Source: the human T2T-CHM13v2.0 reference genome, Homo sapiens | Reading direction: 5' to 3' (one strand) | Assembly (NCBI RefSeq): GCF_009914755.1 | Contig: NC_060929.1 | DNA: 64,000 nt | Shown here: positions 13,794-27,145 of the stretch, in pieces | How the letters are laid out: every line of letters begins with the position of its first letter | Position numbering within the stretch: position 1 is the first letter of the stretch | The notes under the pieces: generated by a model | Told to the model about the DNA's origin: nothing | The model's database searches: none | Seen by the model: the letters and a program-made list of their open reading frames with translations, nothing else | Program-made: the position numbers and the translations under genes

Positions 13794-16272
13794 CAGGCAT
13801 ACCTCGTTTATTGAACTTCATTTTATTGCACATTGCAGATACTGTGTTTCAGACAAATTGTGGCAACCCTGTGTTAAACAACTCTATTGACACCATTTTT
13901 CCAACAGCGTGTGCTCACTTTGTGCATGTCACATTTTGGTAATTCTCACAACATTTCAAACTTTTTCATTATTATCATATCTGTTATAGCGATATGTGAT
14001 CAGTGATCTTCAATGTTAGTATTGTAATCGTCTTGGAGTGCCATGAACTGCACCTGTATAAGATGGTGCACTTAATTGAAACATGTTATGTGTGTTTTGA
14101 CTGCTCCACCCATCAGCTGTTTTCCCATCTTTCTCCCTCTCCTTGGGCCTCCCTATTCCCTGAGGCACAACAATATTGAAATTTGGTCATTTAATAACCC
14201 TAGAATGGCCGCTAAGTGTTCAAGTGAAAGGAAAAGTCGCATGACTCTCTCTTTCAATCAAAAGCTAGAAATGATTAAGCTTATGAGAAAGGCACATCAA
14301 AAACTGAGCTGGACTGAAAGGAAGGCCTCTTGCACCAAAGAGTTAGACAAATGGTGAATGCAAAGGAAAATTTCTTGAAAGAAGTTAAAAGTGCTACTCC
14401 AGAACATATAAGTAAGAAACTGAAACAGACTTATTGCTGTTATGGAGAAAGTTCAGTAATCTAAGTAAAGGATCAAACCAGCCACAATATTCCCTTACGC
14501 CAAAGCCAAATCCAAAGCAAGCCCTCAACTCTTTTCAGTTATCTGAAGGCTGAGAGAGGGGAGGAACCTGCAGAAGAAAAGTTGGAAGCTAGGAAAGTTT
14601 AGTTCATGACGTTTAAAGAAAGAGGTCATCTCCATAAGATAAAAGCACATGATAAAACAGCAGGTTCTGATGTAGAAGCTGCAGCAAGTAATCCAGAAGA
14701 CCTAGCTAAGATAATTGATGAATTATCAATTCATCAATCACTCAACAACAGATTTTCAACGTAGATGGAAGAGGCTTACATTGGAAGGAGATGCCATCTA
14801 GGACTTTCATAGCTAGAGAGAAGTCAATGCCTGACTTCAAAGCTTCAAAGGACAGGCTGACTCTCTTGTTAGAGGCTAATGAAGCAGGTGAATTAAAGTC
14901 GAAGCCAGTGCTCAATGATCATTCAAATATCCTAGGGCCCTTAAGAAGTATGCAACATCTACACTGCCTGTGCTTTATAAATGGAACAACAAAGCCTGAA
15001 TGACAGCACATCTGTTAATAACATGGTTTTATTGAATATTTTAAGCCCACTGTTAAGACTCACTGCTCAGAAAAAAAAAGATTCCTTTAAAATTTTTACT
15101 GCTCATTGACAATGCACCCAGTAATCCATGAGCTCTGATGGAGATGTACAAAGAGATTCATGTTTCCATGCCTGCTAACACAGCATTCATTCTGTAGCCC
15201 ATGGATCCAGGAGTCATTTTGACTTTCAAGTCTTATTATTTAAGAAATATGTTTCATAAGGCTATAGTTGTCATAGATAGTGATTCCTCTGATGGATCTG
15301 GGTAAAGTAAATTGAAAATCCTCTGGAAAAGTTTCACCATTTCTAGATGCCATTAAAACATTTGTGATTTAGATGAGGAGGTCAAATTATTAACATTAAT
15401 AGGAATTTGAAGAAGTTGATTCCAACCCTCATGGATGACTTTGAGGGATTCAAGACCAGTGGCAGAAGTCACTGCAGATGTGGTGGAAATAACATAAGAA
15501 CTAAAACTAGAAGTGGAGCCTGAAGATGTGACTGAATTGCTGCAATCCCATGATGAAAATTTAATGGATGAGGAGTTGCCACTTATGGATGAGTAAAGAA
15601 ACAGTTTTGTGAGATGGAATCTACTCCTGGTAAAGATGCTGTGAACATGGTTGAAATGACAACAAAGGATTTAGAATATTACATCAATTCAGTTGATAAA
15701 ACAGAGGCAGGGTTTGAGAGGACTGACTCCAATTTTGAAAGAAGTTTTACTGTGGGTAAAATGCTGGCAAACAGCATTGCATTCTACGGAGAAATCTTTT
15801 GTGAAACGGAGAATCAATTGATGTGGCAAACTTCATTTTTGTCTTTCTTTTAGAAATTGCCAGAGCCACCCAGCCATCAGCAACCACCACCCTGATCAGT
15901 CAGCAGCCATGAACGCTGAGGCAAGACCCTCTACCAGCAAAAACCCTCCACCTCAGTGGCAAAAAAACCTTGCCTCTGAGGCAAGACCCTCCACCACTTG
16001 CCAAAAGCTCAGATGATTATTAGGATGTTTACAAAATAAAGTATTATAAGTCAAAGTATGTACACTTTTTTGTCATGACAGCCTACTATTACATACATCA
16101 ATTTTGTTAGACATAATGCTATTGTATACTTAATAGATTAAAGTATAGGGTAAACATAACTTTTATATGCACTAGGAAATCAAAAATTTTGTGTGACTTG
16201 CTTTATCTCAATATTTGCTCAATATTTGCAATGGTCTGGAATGGGACCTGCAATATCTCAGAGGTCTACCTG
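13794..16272 (+). mobile_element. Tigger1 DNA transposon, near full length
   Basis: Left terminus ta|caggcatacctc and right terminus gaggtctacctg; about 2.5 kb; internal transposase homology. Confidence 0.95.
14205..15853 (+). pseudogene. Disrupted Tigger1 (pogo/CENP-B family) transposase
   Basis: [53 protein letters not shown] and [25 protein letters not shown] lie in separate ORFs broken by stops and frameshifts. Confidence 0.9.
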
Positions 16273-16337
16273 TCTCTTCCCAGGTGTGGTCAGGTCTTTT
16301 GATCTAGCCTCCGTTCTTGTTTCCCTGGAATCTAATT

Positions 16338-17835
16338 TTTATTGACTTTCTCCTGGGAGCAATGAGTCTCTCAGCCTCCAGCTTTTCATGTGTTATAGAC
16401 CCTGATCTGCCTCACACACACCTGTGTAATCCCAACTCCTTGTATCGGTCCCTCTGGCCAACCCTGTCTTTTTCCACCCACAAGTATTTCCATTGATGTA
16501 CTCATTTATCCCTTTTCTTCTTATATAGCTGGAGAAAAGCTTGGGTAGATCAAGCATTGTTTTTGTGTTTAAAAAAATATAGTCCTTCCATCCCCCTTCC
16601 TTCCCACATCTGACTCCACAACTTACATAAGAACTCCAGCATGAAAGTTGGAGGGGGAAAAAATTGAGAGGATGTCCAGATGGATACAAATTTTTGGAAA
16701 ACACTGAACACTCTGTGTTTATCTTCTTGCAGGGCAAAGGACTCAGAGAGACCTGTCATGCACGTTGATATCAGCACTCAGGATTAAAATCTAAACCCCT
16801 TCCTCCAAGACATTCCCCTGCCTGACAAACTGTTGTTATTTTTAAGCAGGAAAAGCTTCCTTGATCCTGAAGATAAATTCATAGCTTGTGGTTGGAAGTA
16901 CTTGTAGGAACACAGTTTGTGTAGGCATTTTGAGGAAATGGCTTCCCTTTTATGTATTACCTGTGAAATGCCAACTGGACTCTTGCAGAGATAAAAATGC
17001 TCAGAGCTATCAGCTAGAATTTTACTAAAAAAGAGAAACAAAAAGGTGAGAGGAACATTAAACTGCAGACTACTGGCTTCTCAAAGGCTGTACACAATGA
17101 TATTGTCCTGATTCGGGCATTGTAATTGCCCCACCAACCACAGGTATTTTCCCTTGCAATAAGAGACTCTACCTTCCTGGGCCATCTGGAGGGCATGCAA
17201 AGGACATCCGTATGGCAAGTGAGGTGAAACACACCAGACTCTTCCAATCTGCTACATACCATTTTTTTGTTTCAAAATGGAAAAAGCTATGTAGATGTAG
17301 ATGCTCACCAGGAGAAGGCCAGCTTGATGTCTCCCATGGGACCTGCTTTGGTGAATTTCATGTATGGTGTTCTCAGCCTGCAGGTTCAGATACCCATAAT
17401 CAGTTCCCCCGAGAGATGTGGCTTTCAGAGGTGGACTCAGGTTAGGCAAGTTCATATGACTGACATGTAAAACTGGTCACTAGTTAACATATTTACAATG
17501 AAAAATAATTGTCATGGTGACCGGAATACTCATATCAGCAGGTCTTCCATATTATCTCCCAATAGGAAGACCTACAATACAAGGAAGCCAAGGTATGATG
17601 AGCACATCTCTAGGTCAGCACCAAACCAGCTGATTGAATGCTTGAATAGCAGGAGGCAAAGGTGGCCCATCATACCTCACTCCATTTCAGGGATGATCTT
17701 GCCAATGGGACCAGAAATCTCAAAGTCCATAGGAAAGGTGCCCTTCTCCTTGGATAGTGCTCTCTTTTGCTCTGTTTCTTAGGCTGGTTGACACTTTCCT
17801 TAGTTACATTCATATCCATAGTCAGATCACATCAT
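16338..17835 (-). pseudogene. Candidate intronless TBC1D24-like (TBC + TLDc) retropseudogene, highly diverged
   Basis: ORFs 17252-17455, 16784-17041 and 16550-16777 share one frame. Collinear anchors to TBC1D24 include LSESFAL..FSVFQ ~ VPERFAL..FSSLQ, PTFML ~ PTLLL and ILVGG..GITQVC ~ LIVGG..GRTSHC. AATAAA lies at 16343-16338. Manual, low-identity alignment. Confidence 0.55.
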
Positions 17836-18399
17836 CTCATCAGGTAGACCTGAGAGCCACTCTGATCATGAAGGTGGCAAAGCATGTTTCAGTTCTGATC
17901 TATTGTATAATGATTTCAAAATGTAAAATGTTAGAGACACTTTGATTTCTCTCCTTTTCAAGTTCTTAGGGGATACCTTGTCATACCATCAAGTACTTCT
18001 AACAGGTCATCCCCTTGTCTGGAGGTAGATGTGTGGTCCCCACTGTCCCCTGCCTCTCTGATTTTGATTATCTGTGTTTTTGTTGTATTCTTGGGTCTTT
18101 CCACAATTCTGTAGCTTCACAGAAATACCAGTGTCCCTAATATTTCAATGGCTGTTAGAGATTCTCTACACCCAGATGTAGCTAGAGAAGTTCTAAGAAT
18201 TCTGCTAATTGGATCCACTGGTATTTCATTTGTATTCTTACTGTTGCTCAATAATAATTATTTTATTCAACTCTTGATGCTTCTGCATAGCCTTCTCCTC
18301 TGAAGAGTTTCCAAGCATGTTTCATTTTCCTCTAGCCCTCAAACTAGCATCTCTGCCTTTGTGTCTCAATGGAATATTAAAGGTATCTGAATATAAACT

Positions 18400-18770
18400 T
18401 TCATGCCCTAAAATTTTCATCATCTGCTTCCTCTTGTTTTTCTTAGAGGAAGAAGCTTCCATCCTCTTTCCAAACACCAGTCCCACACTTATGTGCCTTT
18501 GATCCCATGTTTTCTTAGTTTTTCCAAGATTTTTTCCCCTTTTCTTATTCCCCGTTTCTTACAAACAAAGGAAGTCCTCTCCATTAAAAATGTTTTTCTA
18601 ACCCCATTGCCCTCTTAAGTTAGCATCCATTCTCCAGGTCCTGTCATTGAATCCTAGCATTTTGAAGTGGAGTCGACATCACCTGATTCCATGTCCTCAT
18701 TGCTACTTTCTTCCTAATCCTTTTTAGTCTGTCATACCCATTGCTCTGCTAAAACTGCCCTCTTGAGGGG
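18400..18770 (+). mobile_element. L2 fragment
   Basis: Pyrimidine-rich L2-like text (tgcctttgatcccatg, ctgctaaaactgccctc). Confidence 0.45.
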
Positions 18771-19719
18771 AGCAAGATCAAGAAAACAAATAAATGAGCT
18801 TCATAATGTGTTGAGAAGTAAATCTGTTAGATCACAAATTTATTTTTAAAAATAGGTTTTTGAAGAGAAAAGTAAGACAGAAGGTTCTGTCCCATAGATA
18901 GTAGTGAGTTAGAATACATAATTCATAAATTCATAGTCAGTCACCTTCAACAACTGGTGTATACATTGTAATGTAGAAGAGTAAATTCCCCATTTACTAC
19001 AACAAACATATTCTAGCAAAAATTATTTTTATAATAAACATAAAGTGTCCAAATATAATTTTTACAACAATCGTGTAGAGGAAGATTTGCAGTGATCATA
19101 GCTTTGTAGTCAAGGTTTACATTCCATGGGAGATAACTATAAAACATTTGTGGTTAAGAGCAAAAAAAAAAAAAAAAAAAATCACAGGAGAGCTTCTTGC
19201 CTTTTTCAATAAACAATTCAATTTTATGAAGACAAGATACAGAGTATGTATAGATTTAACTTAAACAGGAACTTTCCCGCACCTGCCTAATACTTATTTG
19301 TTATGCCTGGTGGTAACTGGTATGTTAAATTCTCTGACTGACTTTCTTATTTTTACAACCAAAGACAATTCTAATCCAGAACCTTGATATCTTTAAAGTG
19401 CTTTTGTCAACATTCTTTTTCTGTTCAAATTGTTCTTTCTTTATTAGTTCCTACTTCTTATCTTACACACAAACTCAGGTCTCTAACTCCTAAAAAGACA
19501 GAAAATCTTATCTCAACCGTCTTGGATTAGCATCTTACGCCTGCCTTTCCTGGTAGAAATCTTGAAGGTCAAGCTACACTGTTTACCTCTACCCAGAGGT
19601 TTCTTAGTAACCATTGTGATCCATGACGTATGGATTCAACAATGGTTTTAAATGAGGCTGAATTGAAGTTTTAGGGGCTTATAATATTTTTATTTTCCTA
19701 GAACTAAATTTCTTCAGCA

Positions 19720-19885
19720 CCAGTCACACATCAATTAGGTACTTTGCATATGCTGTCATATTTAATAATCACAACTGTACTGAGGTGGGTACTATTGCTT
19801 TCATTTAACAGTTGAGGAAAAAAATGTTGAAGAACATTGTACGACCTGGTCACAGTCACCCACTGAGTGTGGAGCTTGGATTCAA
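19720..19885 (-). mobile_element. MIR
   Basis: catttaacagttgaggaaa...gtcacccactgagtgtggagcttggattcaa. Confidence 0.6.
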
Positions 19886-20330
19886 CAGTCAGGGCTCCTA
19901 GTTACAAGCAGCAGAGATTAAGGCTGGCTGATTTCGGCAGAGAATGAATTGATTATATTGTTAGTTCACAGAATCCCAGGCCAGTCTAGAGAAATAGATT
20001 AAGGCTGTATTGCTAGGTGTGATCCTCAACAAGAAGTGGATGGGTGAGGACACTTCTGGAAGCTCTGGACATTGTAAATTTTATTGCTGACACGCCAGAT
20101 GGACACTGGATACCCACACCAGCACTATTCTCCTCACTGCCCCCAAAGACTTAATATTTCAGCAACTCTCCCCACCATCAGAGAGTTCTTGTGGTCCCTT
20201 GATATGAGGTCGGTGTGTCTGATTGGCAGAACGAGGGTCATGAACATGTACCCAAGCTGCAAGATTTCTTGGGAGAATGAGTTTCTGGAAGTTTCCATGT
20301 CTCTAGTCGGAGATAGGTTTTGTCTCTCTT
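19886..20330 (-). mobile_element. Old MLT1 LTR
   Basis: agtcagggctcctagttacaagcagcagaga start and tctgattggcagaacgagggtcatg motif. Confidence 0.45.
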
Positions 20331-20659
20331 CAAGAATCATAATGTGTTTATTTGTGTATGTGTTAGGAATTGGGGGCAGTGAGAATTCTCAAATAAGGGA
20401 AATTGGTTTCATATATTGGATGGTCAAAAAGAATAGCAAATTCCATTACCATAACTCAATGTGTCTGACCTCAAATCTTTATACCGTGAAGCCTCTTGAA
20501 AGTCACCAATAACCTCCTATTTGCAAATTTTAATGACTTTACCTTCATCCTTTTTGTTAACAGGTATAAAGATTTGACACGATTAAACATCTCTCTTGCC
20601 TTCCTTTCCTCATTCATTTGTTCATTCTTTCCTAAAAAGAAATCGACGTACTGTTTTTG

Positions 20660-23810
<3,151 letters not shown>

Positions 23811-24444
23811 ACCACAAATTGTGAGGGAATCTCACTGAGAAGTTAACTCTACAAATAGGAAGTCATAGAAACTGTTGGAACACAGTGGAAATGATCAATG
23901 GGCTATATATTTTCTAATGGCATTGAAGGCTCCAAGACTGAACATGAAATTGAGGAATAAATTAAAAGTTTGAAGATATTCTCCTATAGGACTAGAATGC
24001 AATCTATTCTGTATAGATTACATCAGAATCATGTATTCTGAGCATGTATTCTTCACATTCAAAAATCAAAATAGGGAAAATTCGTAAGAGCCCCATTGTA
24101 ATGGTTTTTTAAACATCTGTATTAAGATATAATTGACAAAAATTGTATATATTTACAGTATACAACTTGATATTTGTAAATTTGTTTTACATTTGAAAAT
24201 GTCTGGCTATTACTCAAGGTTTTGCCTAGTTCTGATCTTGTTGAGACACACTATTGTTTTTCTCAGAATCTTGGAGACATTTTTAAATTATCTTCTGGCA
24301 TCAATGTTGCTGTGGGGAAGACTGCAGTGAATTTCGTATTTCCTGTCTCTACCCTTGAGGTGATTGGTTTTTATCCTGTCTAGATATCTGAGAATTACAT
24401 TCTTTATCCTTGAAATTCATTATCTTAGCAGTATAAGTGGTTTC

Positions 24445-24517
24445 CATTATTTTTTTCATTCCAGTGGTTGTATTATTTTTTTCATTCCAGTGGTTGCATT
24501 ATTTTTTTCATTCCAGT
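24445..24517 (+). repeat. 26-bp tandem repeat, about 2.8 copies
   Basis: (c/t)attatttttttcattccagtggttg repeated. Confidence 0.9.
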
Positions 24518-24998
24518 AAAATTTGCTTATATTATAGCATTTGTTGCTTTTTGTTATTCCATTTGTTGAATACTTTCAGGAACACTAATTAGGGATTTTG
24601 ACTTTCAAGAACACTAATTATTGACTTTGTTCTATAAATTAATTAGCTCTTTATAACTGCATTTTTCTCTTTGTGTTTCTTTTATTATTTTTGAATTTGT
24701 ACTCCCTTTCCTATATATTGGTAAGTTTAAAGGTGAGTCTAATCTGTTTGTTAAAGTCTCAAATTTAATCATAGACATATACGGATTTTTCTCCCTCCAT
24801 CTGTTTTCCAAGTTTGTAACTTTCCTGTTTATTTTCTGTTATTTAATCATCTTGACTATGGGCCCTTATGTTATTAAATTTATCTTATTAATTAATTAAT
24901 TAATTTTTTTTTTACCATAGCTCAGGGCACTTGTGAAGAACTTCCTTCTGATTTTCAGTTGTTTTGCACCTAAGTTGGTTTATCTTTTGCATTCTAGG

Positions 24999-25067
24999 GC
25001 ATGTGTGTGTGTGTGTGCGTGTGTGTGTGTACATGCGCACACGCGCGCGCGCACACACACACACACG
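24999..25067. repeat. (TG)n-(CG)n-(CA)n alternating purine/pyrimidine tract
   Basis: Uninterrupted R/Y alternation, directly visible. Confidence 0.95.
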
Positions 25068-25829
25068 GTTGCCAGGGTGGTAATTTTTATCTTTCTCAAC
25101 TGTCCTCTTGATACAGACCTATTATTTGCCCTAATGTTGTATAGGTGTCTTCTCATCTCTCTTGCTATTTGAGACCCATTTGTTTTCCTGACAAACCACA
25201 ATTTTAGAGTTTGTTTTTTCATGTTCTTTCCACCTACCCTATAGTCTGAAAGAATGGCAGGGAAGGACAGAGGTTGAGGTATTGTGCAGACTTTGGTAGA
25301 GTATCAGGACTTGGCAGACATTTCTGAAGTGTTTATTAACTGCTTATTCAATGCATGAGGGCTTTCTTTAATGAGTTGAGGGATTGTATTCAAGTCCTAT
25401 GGGAGAATACTCTCAAACTTTGAATCTATTCTTCAATTATCAATGCCATGAGAGAAGATATAACTCACTGTTCATTTCCACTGTCTTCCGACAGTTTCTC
25501 TGACTCCCTATTTGTAGAGTTAGCATCTCAGTAAGGTTCTCTCTCAATTTTGAGATATGAAAAAGATATCCCTGGATTTGGTTGATGACACCTGTGTGGC
25601 TCCTGGGGATGGTAGAGCTAGGAGCCTTGCCATGGTGAGCTATGCTACTCCACTGTGGAATTTGCTTTTTCATCAGCCAATACTTTTTTGGAAGTTTATG
25701 GCATGGGGTGGTGCCCTTCTCTGGTTTGGTGGCTGCTGTGGGATTTAGGGGGCATGCTTTTTCAACATCTCACTGTTGTGATTTCATGATGTATTGGGAG
25801 AAGGAGATTGTTCCCAGGTGGCTGCCTTC

Positions 25830-26930
25830 TGCCTGGGCAATCTTGTTCCTCTCGGCTTCCTTTAAAAGCTGTTGTCCTGCTTCTCACTTCCCTTTCTCAC
25901 TGCCCTCAAGTCTCCTTTCTGGCTTCTTTGTCATTATCCACTTAATAAGGTATTTTCAAAGATCATTTTACACCCTTCTTCTCTTTCTCATTCTTTCATT
26001 TAAATTTCCATCCCATCTATTCTTTCAATATACTCTTTTATAACCTCCTAATTCACATCCATGCTCATTAGTAATGGCTAGGCAGATATTGTCCAAATTG
26101 CTATTTTATGCCCTGACCCATCTTCCATGAGCTGGTCTCATTTTTGCTGGATGTTATACTGTATGACACTTTGCTGGATGTTATACTGTATGACAATCCT
26201 AAGACAACCTTAAACTTAAAATATCCAAAAACAAGCTTATGGTGTTCTGTTTCAACCCAAAGTTTCCCCCTGTCTTCTGTATCCTCTCAGTCTTTGAGAC
26301 ACAGAAGCCTGGAGCCTTTTTAATTCTTTCCTTTTTTGGCCCCCTTTATCCAATGAGTTAATAAATTCTTTCAAGTAGACTTTTCCTTCTCTTTGTTTCC
26401 ACTGCCATTACCCTAAAATAAATTTGTATTTTTCTCACTTGAGCTTTGTAATAGCCCTTACCTGGTCTCTCTCCTCTAATCTCTTCTTCCTCTAATCAGT
26501 GCTCCACATAGCTCCTGAGACATCTTGCTCTAAAATCTGCCGTGGGGACCTAATACCTTTTCGTGGTATTCAAGGACCTCCATAACCTGAACTCAATTTA
26601 TAACTTGAGGCTTATTTTCCACTGTGCCCCACTGCATGCCCTAAATTTCAACTGCAGCCCCTTGTTAAGCATGCCCTGTTCATTCTTATGTAGAAAACCC
26701 TTTGTTGAATTCCCCTTATCCCATCTTTATCTCACCAAATTTTATCAGTTTTTCAAAATCCTGACCAAATTTTACCTCCTCCACGAACGCTTCCTAACCA
26801 ACTGCTTTAGAAGTGACTGATCCCTCCCCACTCGGAACTCCTGTTTTTCCTTATTACTCGTCACATCACCTTTCAATCATTGCACACATGTGTTAGCTTG
26901 CCCCAAAGTTGTCAATTCCTTGTGGAGATG
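25830..26930 (+). mobile_element. L2 fragment(s)
   Basis: aaacttaaaatatccaaaaacaagct, ccactgccattacccta, gtattcaaggacctccataacctg. Confidence 0.6.
26143..26195 (+). repeat. Tandem duplication, 27-bp period
   Basis: tttgctggatgttatactgtatgaca occurs twice. Confidence 0.9.
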
Positions 26931-26964
26931 GGGGAGCAAGGTTATGGGAAGCTGTGATGCTTAA

Positions 26965-27145
26965 GGAAAGTTGTAATATAGTAAACTTGGACTTAGTACC
27001 ATAGAGCTGAATTCAAGCTCAGTTTTAACCGCTGTGGGTGGTTGGGCAAGTCACTTACCCTCTCCGAGATTTATTTTTGTCATGTTTAAAGAGGTTATTG
27101 TAAATGTTAAATGAAATAGCATGTGTGAAAGTGCTTTATAAGTGT
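26965..27145 (+). mobile_element. MIR
   Basis: ttgggcaagtcacttaccctctc...gttaaatgaaatagcatgtgtgaaagtgct. Confidence 0.7.

Noticed and set aside
14205-15853. Possible domesticated TIGD1-like gene
   Set aside because: The transposase frame is broken by multiple stops and frameshifts, and the element keeps its terminal repeats, so it is an ordinary decayed Tigger1.
16961-17024. Minus-strand exon-like signal (polypyrimidine-AG ... CAG/GTAATA)
   Set aside because: Such splice-like motifs are common by chance, and there is no transcript evidence.
17140-17945. Plus-strand resemblance to a Penelope-like RT/GIY-YIG protein (TYHFF/FQNGKSY, LMSPMGPALVNFM, PREMWLSEVDS, SVLIYCI)
   Set aside because: It needs repeated frame changes and lacks the catalytic YxDD and YIG residues. 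The minus-strand single-frame TBC1D24-like alignment explains the region better. It also shows the over-fitting risk of manual alignment, so both models should be tested by HMM.
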